NCBI GenBank assembly: GCA_016938455.1
Contig: JAFGUQ010000062.1
Span: 2,477-66,476, forward strand
DNA length: 64,000 bases
Direction of reading: 5' to 3'
Origin: Clostridia bacterium
GTDB lineage: Bacteria; Bacillota; Clostridia; DUPQ01
Under the pieces are notes generated by a model, which saw only the letters and a program-made list of their open reading frames with translations, ran no database searches and had not been told where the DNA came from. Shown here one piece after another: positions 28,425-37,907 of this stretch. Positions within the stretch are counted from its first letter, which is position 1. The number at the start of each line of letters is the position of its first letter. Both the position numbers and the translations under genes were made by a program.

Positions 28425-29622
28425 ATTGTTCCCCTTGCTCCGGCCATACTTCTATGACAAGATCTGATAATGGATAGGTACAGCAGGGATGTATATACCC
28501 TTCTTTGATATCCGCAATTCTTCTTGCATCAAGTTCATCAGGCGTAAATATTTCTCCGCTTTCAAGTCTTGAGCGACAAAAGCCGCATTCTCCCCCACGA
28601 CATTTTGAAGGAACTGCGATCCCGGCTCTTTCCAGCGCAATTAATACAGTTTCTTCTGCCTTCATAGGAACAATCAGTACTTCTCCAAACCGCTTTACAG
28701 TGAGTTTGAACTCTTTGTCAATTTTTCCCTTGTATTCCTTGAATTTTTTTGGTGATGAGGGTGCCGCAAGCATTTCTCTTCGTATGAATTTACTTTTCAG
28801 TGACAGCTTTTCCAGTTCTTTTCCCACAAAATCATACATGACTGAAGGACCGCACATGAAAACGCTATACTCACCTTCTGCATATTTTTCAATAATTTCA
28901 GATGTGATAAACCCAAATTCATAACAACTGCTTTGCTCTTTGGATAAAACATGAATCACCTTAACCTTATCACAGTTCTCTGTAATCTGATCAAGCTCTT
29001 TCTTGTAAAGGATTTCATTTTCTGTACAGCTGCCATAAAGGATTGTCATATTAAAGTCTTCAATACCATCTCTGATGGCATAAGCCATCGATAAAAATGG
29101 TGTGATTCCACTGCCTCCTGCAATGCAGACAACATTTTTTGAATCTCTGAGCGGTTCGTAATAAAACACACCTTCTGGTCCGGAAACAGATACTTTTGTT
29201 CCTACTTTCCAGTTTTCGAGAATCCAATCTGAAGCAAACCCGTTTGGAGCACGTTTAATTGTCAAGGCATACTTTCCTTCTTTCACCCATTTTGGAGAAC
29301 TGGAGATTGAAAAAGGTCTTGTCAATATCGACTTTCCTATTTCTAATTTAACAGACAGATACTGTCCAGCACGAAAAGGAGCAAGTTCTTTACCTGAAAG
29401 AATAAAGGTTTTTGCAATTTCTCCGTGTTCAATAATCTCGGTAATTTCTGCCTGCTGAGATTTTGGATGAAGATAAGTTGCCAGTTTGTTGACTTCATAG
29501 CTGGCTGTTGCCCGTTCGGGTGACCCTTCGGCAAGGGCTTGAGTCCTGTTTGGCACCAGTTTTTTAAAATTAAGCATATCCAATAAACCAATTGGTTTTA
29601 CATGAAAATTAAACTTTTTCAT
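28408..29622 (-). CDS. FNR-like FAD/NAD(P)-binding oxidoreductase with C-terminal plant-type [2Fe-2S] ferredoxin domain
   Basis: RPFSISS (flavin RxYS motif), GGSGITPF (NAD-binding), C-terminal CRGGECGFC...C cluster. Confidence 0.7.
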   Translation of the reverse strand: MKKFNFHVKPIGLLDMLNFKKLVPNRTQALAEGSPERATASYEVNKLATYLHPKSQQAEITEIIEHGEIAKTFILSGKELAPFRAGQYLSVKLEIGKSILTRPFSISSSPKWVKEGKYALTIKRAPNGFASDWILENWKVGTKVSVSGPEGVFYYEPLRDSKNVVCIAGGSGITPFLSMAYAIRDGIEDFNMTILYGSCTENEILYKKELDQITENCDKVKVIHVLSKEQSSCYEFGFITSEIIEKYAEGEYSVFMCGPSVMYDFVGKELEKLSLKSKFIRREMLAAPSSPKKFKEYKGKIDKEFKLTVKRFGEVLIVPMKAEETVLIALERAGIAVPSKCRGGECGFCRSRLESGEIFTPDELDARRIADIKEGYIHPCCTYPLSDLVIEVWPEQGEQYEEKH

Positions 29623-31172
29623 TTTGCATTCTCCCTCCTGTCCGCTATTGTCAGTTTTGCTGTCATTTCTCCGTTAAGATAAGTGGAACTATAGCCATAT
29701 ATTCTCGGGCCGTATCCACCTGCAAAACGAATACCCGATACAATCTGGTCATCTTCCAGCATCATCAGCCGTGCCAGCATAGTATCCCAGCCACTGCATT
29801 CATAAGCGTACATCGTTCCTTGTGGATTCAAGGTATATCTTGCCATGGTTACCGGCGTAGCTATTTCAATTTCCTCAATATATGGTATCAATGAAACTCC
29901 TACATTCTTTTCAAAATCACGGATCATGTTTAACGCTACTTCACGTTTCTTTTCTACATATTCATCTGCACCAATATTTCCCCATACATCCTCTGAATAG
30001 AATGTGGTGAAACTCATGATGCAAGTTCCTTCCGGAGAGCATTCTGGATTAGCGGCATTCAAACATACTGTTGCCTGTATGGGATGACTGTTGAAATCTT
30101 TTGCTCTGGCTACTTCCTTTACGGTATCAAGAGACTCGTAAATAAAATAACTGTAATCGGTCAGGCCTATTTCCTCGGCTGATTTGTTAAGACCAAGATA
30201 AACAACAAAACCACGCCCACCGAATTTTCTCGCATTCACCATTCGTGTCTGCTTTTCTGGTACATCGTCTTTTTCCATCATTTCTCCGAAAACCGCATTA
30301 GGTGAACAGCAGGCAATGACATGACTGCACTTAATAACACCATGATCAGTGATTACGCCTGTTACTTTCTGGTTTTCCATAATGATTTTTTCTGCACGGG
30401 TATTATACCAGATATCTCCTCCCAGTTCTCTTATCCGACGGTCCATTGCTGCAGAAAGCTCATGTGAACGGTTTTTAGGAATGTATGCTCCACGAGTCAG
30501 GTACTTGTATACCATTGCCCCATAGATAGCAAAATTCAGCATTTCTCCATCTACTCCGAAATAGCACCAGTAGGCACTTAAAATTCTCTGTGCTTTTTTT
30601 GGCATTTTAATTGCCTTCAGAACTTGATTAACACTGTATCCGCCACACTTTAAAAAGTTTGGGTGTTCCTTCATTAATACTTTTGAATCCGCTTTCCCTG
30701 CTGATTTACCTATATAAGCCAATGCATCCATGATATTCTGACAAAGGGTCATGAATTTCTCCATCGATGGACGGCTTCCAGGCACATATTCTTCCATTTT
30801 GTCAACAAAAGCATCTACACCGAAAGGCATAGTCACATCAAGATTATCTTCCCCTTCATTTGTTGTAATCACTCGATAAGCTTCTGGAACAGGCACCCAT
30901 TCAATCTTCACATCTAGTCGCTCCAGAAGTTTACGAATATCCCCGGGATTCTCTTCCGGACCAAGATCACACAATTCATGCAGTGATGGTTCAAATTCGA
31001 ATCTTCCTCGTCTGAAACTCGTAGCGAATCCTCCGGGTAAATTATGCTGTTCCACCAGCAGTGTTTTTAAGCCGTTTTTAGCAGCGGTTGCTGCTGCTGA
31101 TAATCCACCGTTTCCAGCACCTATAACGACTACATCATATATATTTTCCAAAATACATCTCCCCTTTCCCAA
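29619..31172 (-). CDS. FAD-dependent oxidoreductase, phytoene-desaturase/amine-oxidase (CrtI-like) family
   Basis: N-terminal dinucleotide fold VVVIGAGNGGLSAA...LVEQHNLPGG, 517 aa. Confidence 0.7.
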   Translation of the reverse strand: MGKGRCILENIYDVVVIGAGNGGLSAAATAAKNGLKTLLVEQHNLPGGFATSFRRGRFEFEPSLHELCDLGPEENPGDIRKLLERLDVKIEWVPVPEAYRVITTNEGEDNLDVTMPFGVDAFVDKMEEYVPGSRPSMEKFMTLCQNIMDALAYIGKSAGKADSKVLMKEHPNFLKCGGYSVNQVLKAIKMPKKAQRILSAYWCYFGVDGEMLNFAIYGAMVYKYLTRGAYIPKNRSHELSAAMDRRIRELGGDIWYNTRAEKIIMENQKVTGVITDHGVIKCSHVIACCSPNAVFGEMMEKDDVPEKQTRMVNARKFGGRGFVVYLGLNKSAEEIGLTDYSYFIYESLDTVKEVARAKDFNSHPIQATVCLNAANPECSPEGTCIMSFTTFYSEDVWGNIGADEYVEKKREVALNMIRDFEKNVGVSLIPYIEEIEIATPVTMARYTLNPQGTMYAYECSGWDTMLARLMMLEDDQIVSGIRFAGGYGPRIYGYSSTYLNGEMTAKLTIADRRENAK

Positions 31173-31181
31173 TATTATGTT

Positions 31182-31898
31182 TTATCTTTTAAATACACTG
31201 GCAAGACCAATGATTCCCATTTCAAGTACATTTTTCATCGCTTCATGCGCTTTCTTCTCATTTCTTTCAAGTAATGCTTCATATAATTGTTTATGATAGT
31301 CAATAGAAGTGTCTCTTCTTTCATTGCTGGTGAAATAAATTTTGAAAAAGAAATGCATCGCTTTACTGAATGAATTGAATATCATTGCATATACAGCATT
31401 TCCCGATGCAGAAATCAGAGCATAGTGAAAAGCAAAATTACCATCAATAAAGCTGTTGATATTTTCATGTTTCTCCATGATTCTAAGTGCTTCTTCCATT
31501 TGCTGAAAATCTTCATTTCTGGCATTTTTAACAGCCAGGTTTGTACATTCATATTCGAACAAACGACGCATATCCATCATATTATCAAAAAGGTTCCAAT
31601 CCATTTTATCTATATCATAATTCATTAATGACATTAGCATCTGAGGAGTTCCTTTTCGTTTGTAATCATTGACAAAAGTCCCTTGTCTTGGAACAATCTT
31701 CACAAATCCCTTATGTTCAAGCTCCAGAATACAAAGATTAACCAAGCTTCTGCTTATTCCCATTGATGCTGCAATATCACGTTCCGGCGGAAGTCTGTCA
31801 CCTGGCTGTAATTCACCTGAGAGTATTTTGTTTTCCAACTCTCGTATCACCTTTTCTTTCAAACTTTCATTGGTAATTTTAGAAAATATATTACTCAT
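31182..31898 (-). CDS. GntR-family transcriptional regulator (FadR/FCD subfamily)
   Basis: wHTH: GDRLPPERDIAASMGISRSLVNLCILELEHKGFV. Start taken at the Met preceded by GAGGGAA; the ORF-track start is an upstream TTG. Confidence 0.75.
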   Translation of the reverse strand: MSNIFSKITNESLKEKVIRELENKILSGELQPGDRLPPERDIAASMGISRSLVNLCILELEHKGFVKIVPRQGTFVNDYKRKGTPQMLMSLMNYDIDKMDWNLFDNMMDMRRLFEYECTNLAVKNARNEDFQQMEEALRIMEKHENINSFIDGNFAFHYALISASGNAVYAMIFNSFSKAMHFFFKIYFTSNERRDTSIDYHKQLYEALLERNEKKAHEAMKNVLEMGIIGLASVFKR

Positions 31899-32098
31899 TG
31901 GTTCCCTCTTTTTCTGATAGACTCTAACTTTGACTGTTGTGGCATGGCCACCAACCAAATAATATCATACTTTCCTTTTATATACAATATGCTTAAAATA
32001 TCAGACATTAATCACTCAAATTAATATAAAAAGAGATATGCTCTTTTTCATATCTCTTTTATTCTAAAAATTATTTGCCCTTTGTAAATTATTTAATT

Positions 32099-35000
32099 TT
32101 ACGGTATGGTAACCGTTACAGAATGGCAAGGTACAAGAGTACCATCAATTAATATTGCGAAACTTGTATACTGCATACTGTTCTCATCATCTTCAAAGTC
32201 ACTTATTACCATTTCTCCAAGGTTATACTCACTAGATCCTGCCTCTTCACCGTTTTCCTTAAATACTATCCCCTCAAGCGCCATGACTGCTATACCAGAA
32301 GTGGAAAAATTGATACTTTCAGCATTAAAACTTCCTGTAAAATCCTCAAAGCTAAGTATTCCTGTTATAAGTGCTGTTGCATTTTCCTCTTCAACTGTTA
32401 TCGAAACAGTCGATGCTCCGCAAATCCTCATGAATAACACTGTCAAATCACCGGTACTGTTAGTTATCAAAGTAGCATTATCAAGTTTTATTCCTGCCAT
32501 TATTTCAAATGCAACTCCATCAGAATTGATTCTTACATCTGCATCTTTGAATATCCACTCCCCACCGGTTCCTTCATCATTCCCCAGTGCAATTCCTGTA
32601 CTTGTAATTTCTGTTTCCAATGAATCAATGTTGAAAACATTACTGCAGTATACAGTATAGTTTCCTTTTCCGCTTATATTAAGGCTTGCATCAGATCCGT
32701 CGCCAATTAGGTGTATTGAACGTTCAAGTCTCACAGATGGTTCTCCAGTTTTCGTATTGCTGATTGTACAGTTCCCCTGAATATTAATTATCAGATCTTC
32801 TATTGCTTCTGTCGCAACAAGAACTCCGTTAACATTTGAATAATCTCCTGTCAAAGTCAGGTTTTTAAAAGTCACCTCTGTTACATCTGGTTCGATGATA
32901 AGACATACTGTACTACTGTTACCGCTGACAGTCAGACCACTTCCTGTTAAAATCAGGGTGGGAATTTCTCCAACCATTCTATATGAGTATCCTGCGATAC
33001 TTCCAACATTTATATCTTCAGATACATTTTCATATGTAATGAAAACTCCAGTTTCAGGAAGTGGGTCCTCTGTAGAATATGCCTGATAAACTGCTGTGAA
33101 GGTTTTGTTCCATGTCACTGTAGTCTCATCACTCAGCAGGGGAGTCCAGCTGTTAAATATATATTCGTAGCCCGTTCCTCCTTCTCTTATCGGGTTATTG
33201 GGAGGTACAACTTTATCACCATAATGGTAAGTCTGTATAAGTGTATTATCTCCGTTTTCAAACTTCCCTTCACCTGCATCAAAAGTAACAGTGTACTCTT
33301 TCAGCTGGGAACTGTATTGTGCATAGTATGTTTGATTTGAATTAGTTGTTATTCCTGGTTGATAAGAAGGACTCCAGCCTGTAAAGGTATATATCCACAT
33401 TTCTGTTGATTCTTTTTGTGGTATTTCATTAAATTCAGGTGTTTTTCCTCCGTAAACACTCTGAAGAGTTTTTTGAGTGCTTCCATCGGTAAAGTGTCCA
33501 GAATTAGCATAGAAAGTAATTGTTACACTCATAGGTGTCTTCGCATAAGTTGCATATAGTGTTATATTATCATTAAAAACAGCATCACTTAAACTGCTTC
33601 CATATGATGCATCCATCTCAGCAGCCCACCCTGTAAACTCATAATGATACTGGCCATCATCAAACTTCACAGGTATTTCGTTGAAATTTACTTCAGTCCC
33701 ATATGAAGCAGTAATTGCTTTCACTGTGTCACCATCTGCAAATATTCCACCGTTTGTATTAAATGTAATCGTTTTATCTACTCCAACAAGAGTAAACTTC
33801 ACTACTGCATTTATATATTCAGAAGGAAATCCTTCTTCATTGAGTATACTTCCAAACTGATATGGTAACATCAGTCCGTAATTAATTAATTGATAATCAT
33901 AGTTATTAATATTTGATGTCTTTTTCAAATCTTTAAGCATATCTTCAGTGATTACTTCTCCGTAATGTCCGCTCAAGTATACTTTTTTATCACAGCCGTC
34001 AAAGCGGACAGTGTAAACAATTGGCTCAGCCTTAAATACAGGTTTAAACGTAAGATTATATTGATAATCTGTATAAAAATCACTCATATATAATTTGATA
34101 TGTGAACCGTTTACCATCTCTGTAGATTGCCAGTAATCAACAGTATACATGTTTTCATTATCTCTGTAGGTCAATGTTGGAAGATATAGGAAATTATATT
34201 CATGGTATGTTCCTTTGTATTCCTTTATATTCGTCCCATCCGAAAAACTATGATCTCCTGCATCAAAAACTGTTGTCACTTCAAGATACTGCTTGTCATA
34301 TACAGGAGAAAAAACTTCATCAGCATACACATTTCCAAATGCTGTTCCACTATCTGACACCCAGCCTTTAAACTGATATCTATAATAGTCTTCTTCCCCT
34401 TCCAATGTGTCATAAACTTTTGGCATTTCAGGTATTTCTCCTCTCACTATTTTTTGCTCTGAGAGGAATTTTCCTTCTATATCCTTGAATATGACTTTCA
34501 CATATGGCTGAAATATGGCATAGTATCTTTCATAGTTATTCATTGAAGCATGCAATGATGGCCACCATCCTGCAAATTTCTGGTATTCAGTATCAAAGAT
34601 ACTCATATCAGGTGCTTCAGGAACAGTTCCCTTCTTTACATAATATGATGTTATATTAGTAGTATCATCTATGTAAAAACCTGTTAAGCACATGTCGGCA
34701 GCCTGTTTGTACGTAGCGGTATAGCTGAAGTCAGTTTGAACTGAACGTAATGGCGGACTCCAGCTGTCAAACTCCCATCCTGGTTCAGTTACCATATCTT
34801 CTGCAGATGGTGTCATTGGAATGTCTCCTGAAAGAGTTTGAAGGGTCTTTATTTCACCATATTGATATGTGCCTGTCTCTTCATTATATACAGTTCCATA
34901 AAAAGTAATGTTCTTATAGTTCATTTCGTAATCCAGATGATAATCTGTATCTTTGTAAATTGCTTCAAAAGACTCTTTCCAGGGTTTTGCCCAATCTTTA

Positions 35001-37699
35001 ATTCTATACTTTGAGTATATCAGCAACTCTTCATAAGACTCCTCAGGTACCGGGACAGGAATCTGTCCTATGTAATACTCTTTTTCTTCTAATACACTTC
35101 CATCAGGTTTGTGAAATATTGCTTTGAACTTCTGTGTACTGTCATCAACCTTATATTTCATATATGTAAAATTAATATTCTTGGTTATCAGCTCCAGATT
35201 CCTGGAAAAAAGGGAACAACCTTTTGTATATTGTACGACAACAGTAAAATCAAGACGATCCGGGGCTTTATCCTTAATAGTTATCATTCCGGTATCCTTG
35301 TCCATGGATATATAATCTAAATCAGTCTTATTTCCTTTGCCTGTTTTATCTTGAATTAAGAAAAAAGCATACTCATCACTGAAAGCTGCCGGCTTAATCT
35401 CGATAGTAACACCTGTTGATTTCCCTTCAATGTTAATATATTTCAAATTCAGCAGTTTATCATCTCCACTGTTTTTAATATTATATGACATAGTATTGAA
35501 TGTGATTGAATTTTCGTTCTCCTCAAATTCAGAAGCAAATTCAAGTGCTCCAATGGTTAATATCGGAAATTTCATTTCAGCAATAGTAACACTATCCTCA
35601 TATCCGAATATATTCCAGGTAAATTCAAGTACTACATATACTCCTGTCTCACTTTTCAGACCACCTGCAAGTAACATACTGGAGTCTGAATCAATTATGT
35701 TATACTCAAACCTCAAGTATCCTGTGATTTCTTCATAAACACCTACTTCAGCAGAAAATCCGAAATTCAACCATTCATTCATATGAAACACACTGAAATT
35801 TACACCTGCGCAAAGCCCGGCACGAATGCCTACTTGCCCTTTTAAAACTGCTGTGAAATGAGCTTCTGACTTCAACCTCTCACTATAATTTGTCATGGAT
35901 GTCTTTGTTAATTCGCTTCTTGAATAGTCAACATTATACATTCCTATTTTTCTGACTTCATTGCTTTTGAAGTTCAAATCCAAACCTGCTCGAAAGCCAA
36001 CACTGACATTAAAATCCAGTGTGAACTGAATAGATAATATTTCATATATCGTTACAGTTTTATTTCCTAATGGTTTTGAAAAAATCTTAACATAATCCAA
36101 ATCATCTCCAAAGAAATTCTCATTATTGAGGTTTTCAACAATCACTGCGGTTTTATCATCACTTTGCAAATCAATCAGATTCTGAATTTCATCTGTAATA
36201 TTCACCTGCCCACTCCCGGTTTTTATTACAATATTGAATGATACTTCGAAATTATTATTCAAGTGAATTCCATTATCAACATATAACTTGGATTCCTCCA
36301 TTTTCATCCAGCCATATGCAGTTGTAACGATATTTTCTCTCATGGTTAAATTAAAAACAAGATTAATGTTCTCATCCAGTTTTATGCTAATATCTCCTGT
36401 AGTGAATTCAATTCTGCCAAAAAACCCGTTATCATTGTTTTGAATGTCTTTTGTTGTCCCAATAGAGATGTCGAATCTAACATTTTTTAGCAAGTCTATC
36501 AAAGTATCAACACTCATCTGTTCAAACTGATATTGCTTTTCAGTATCCATATTCCTGATCGTTTTCAATAAAGTCGGACTTTGTTTAATGCTGTTTGCAA
36601 TTGTTTTACATAAATAGTCATACCCTTTACTATCATTAAGAGATGATTGAAAACTTTGTTCTAGTGCATTAGACATTACTTGATCTTCTTCAAAATAGAT
36701 TGCATCCCCATTGTAAAATAATTCATATTCTGAATATATATCATTAAAATCAGGAGCAATCAAGTCAAGGGTGGTACCCTCTTCATCTTTGATGACTTTG
36801 AACACCTTGTAATACTGATAGTCCTCAACAGTTTCATTTACACTGCCTAAGCTGACAATATCCCCTTCTAGATAAGCTATATCATCTTCAATTAATTTTG
36901 CGCGATAAATGGTTTTACCAGCATCTATTCCTTGATTTACTTCTCCAGCGACTTCAAAGGTTGATATATTAGAGCTTAATAGAAGTTTTGTTTCTGCTTT
37001 CACAACGATATTCTTTTCATTTTCTCTATATACAGAAAAAGTATAATTTGTTATGTTTGAACCGGAAACATATTCTTCCCCTGCTTTTACAAAGTATATT
37101 TTACTATCATCTTTTATCTTTATAGAGTAAGTAAAACCTTCTGTAAAGCCATCTTTTGAGTATAACAAATAATAATCACCCTGAGGTTTCACAGAAAGCG
37201 TTTTAAAATCTTCAACGCCTATATTTGAAAAGCTGATGTAATCCGTTAAATTTTCATCAGTCAGCACAATATCTGAATGGACTGTAAAAGATATGTCAAT
37301 ATCGCAATCTTTAATATATTCAGAATTACGTGCTTCCATATCTGGTTTATACCATCCAGCATAAAGCGTAGTATCTTCTGTAAATATGTCACTTTCCTTG
37401 TAAGCATTAACTGGTGCCTCTTCATAAAACCACCCTGTAAAAATATATCCGGATCGATAAGGTGAGACAATATTACTGATTTTTTCTCCTTTTTGTAGTG
37501 TCTGGTTCTCAACTAAGCTTCCACCTGTACTATCAAACATAATGATAATCGGCACATCTGACGAAGATAAGCGTTCTCTTGAATTAAAAAAAAGAACACT
37601 TCCTATGATAAATACTATCAACATTATTACAATAAAAACATATATGACAGTTTTTCCTTTTTTACCCATGCTATTTGTGTTGTCATTTTTTTTGAACAT
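32099..37699 (-). CDS. Giant (1866 aa) membrane-anchored surface protein with multiple Listeria-Bacteroides (Flg_new, GY-F-GW) repeats
   Basis: N-terminal signal anchor. At least 8 repeat units with the GYxFxGW / YAxW motif (FTGWFYE, QFKGWVSD, FAGWWPS, FDSWSPP, EFTGWAAE, TFTGWSPS, IFNSWTP ...). No LPXTG motif. Asn/Ser-rich beta-strand composition. Confidence 0.7.
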   Translation of the reverse strand: MFKKNDNTNSMGKKGKTVIYVFIVIMLIVFIIGSVLFFNSRERLSSSDVPIIIMFDSTGGSLVENQTLQKGEKISNIVSPYRSGYIFTGWFYEEAPVNAYKESDIFTEDTTLYAGWYKPDMEARNSEYIKDCDIDISFTVHSDIVLTDENLTDYISFSNIGVEDFKTLSVKPQGDYYLLYSKDGFTEGFTYSIKIKDDSKIYFVKAGEEYVSGSNITNYTFSVYRENEKNIVVKAETKLLLSSNISTFEVAGEVNQGIDAGKTIYRAKLIEDDIAYLEGDIVSLGSVNETVEDYQYYKVFKVIKDEEGTTLDLIAPDFNDIYSEYELFYNGDAIYFEEDQVMSNALEQSFQSSLNDSKGYDYLCKTIANSIKQSPTLLKTIRNMDTEKQYQFEQMSVDTLIDLLKNVRFDISIGTTKDIQNNDNGFFGRIEFTTGDISIKLDENINLVFNLTMRENIVTTAYGWMKMEESKLYVDNGIHLNNNFEVSFNIVIKTGSGQVNITDEIQNLIDLQSDDKTAVIVENLNNENFFGDDLDYVKIFSKPLGNKTVTIYEILSIQFTLDFNVSVGFRAGLDLNFKSNEVRKIGMYNVDYSRSELTKTSMTNYSERLKSEAHFTAVLKGQVGIRAGLCAGVNFSVFHMNEWLNFGFSAEVGVYEEITGYLRFEYNIIDSDSSMLLAGGLKSETGVYVVLEFTWNIFGYEDSVTIAEMKFPILTIGALEFASEFEENENSITFNTMSYNIKNSGDDKLLNLKYINIEGKSTGVTIEIKPAAFSDEYAFFLIQDKTGKGNKTDLDYISMDKDTGMITIKDKAPDRLDFTVVVQYTKGCSLFSRNLELITKNINFTYMKYKVDDSTQKFKAIFHKPDGSVLEEKEYYIGQIPVPVPEESYEELLIYSKYRIKDWAKPWKESFEAIYKDTDYHLDYEMNYKNITFYGTVYNEETGTYQYGEIKTLQTLSGDIPMTPSAEDMVTEPGWEFDSWSPPLRSVQTDFSYTATYKQAADMCLTGFYIDDTTNITSYYVKKGTVPEAPDMSIFDTEYQKFAGWWPSLHASMNNYERYYAIFQPYVKVIFKDIEGKFLSEQKIVRGEIPEMPKVYDTLEGEEDYYRYQFKGWVSDSGTAFGNVYADEVFSPVYDKQYLEVTTVFDAGDHSFSDGTNIKEYKGTYHEYNFLYLPTLTYRDNENMYTVDYWQSTEMVNGSHIKLYMSDFYTDYQYNLTFKPVFKAEPIVYTVRFDGCDKKVYLSGHYGEVITEDMLKDLKKTSNINNYDYQLINYGLMLPYQFGSILNEEGFPSEYINAVVKFTLVGVDKTITFNTNGGIFADGDTVKAITASYGTEVNFNEIPVKFDDGQYHYEFTGWAAEMDASYGSSLSDAVFNDNITLYATYAKTPMSVTITFYANSGHFTDGSTQKTLQSVYGGKTPEFNEIPQKESTEMWIYTFTGWSPSYQPGITTNSNQTYYAQYSSQLKEYTVTFDAGEGKFENGDNTLIQTYHYGDKVVPPNNPIREGGTGYEYIFNSWTPLLSDETTVTWNKTFTAVYQAYSTEDPLPETGVFITYENVSEDINVGSIAGYSYRMVGEIPTLILTGSGLTVSGNSSTVCLIIEPDVTEVTFKNLTLTGDYSNVNGVLVATEAIEDLIINIQGNCTISNTKTGEPSVRLERSIHLIGDGSDASLNISGKGNYTVYCSNVFNIDSLETEITSTGIALGNDEGTGGEWIFKDADVRINSDGVAFEIMAGIKLDNATLITNSTGDLTVLFMRICGASTVSITVEEENATALITGILSFEDFTGSFNAESINFSTSGIAVMALEGIVFKENGEEAGSSEYNLGEMVISDFEDDENSMQYTSFAILIDGTLVPCHSVTVTIP

Positions 37700-37870
37700 T
37701 TCTATACCCCCGTTTTACATCATATAGTTTTTTTCTTCTGCCAAAACCACTCTTTTGTACCAATCATCATTATTTTAAATTTTCAATATGTTGAAAACCC
37801 TGTTATTTGAAAAATAAGCGGATAAAAAGCACCCACAATATTCATAATAGGTAAAAATTTTGTTTTTGAA

Positions 37871-37907
37871 TAGTGACTTTTTTAGGCTTAAAAGTCACTT
37901 TTTTTTA
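37871..37907. terminator. Hairpin (AGTGACTTTT...AAAAGTCACT) with flanking T/A tracts
   Basis: 10-bp inverted repeat immediately 3' of the regulator gene. The T-run is better on the plus strand, so function is uncertain. Confidence 0.3.

Noticed and set aside
32106-32660. Plus-strand ORFs (e.g. 32106..32660, 35430..35738) inside the giant minus-strand gene, and similar antisense ORFs inside dctM, gyrB, dnaA, etc.
   Set aside because: These are shadow ORFs in AT-rich coding sequence. They are fully embedded antisense to long, well-supported genes and lack RBS.
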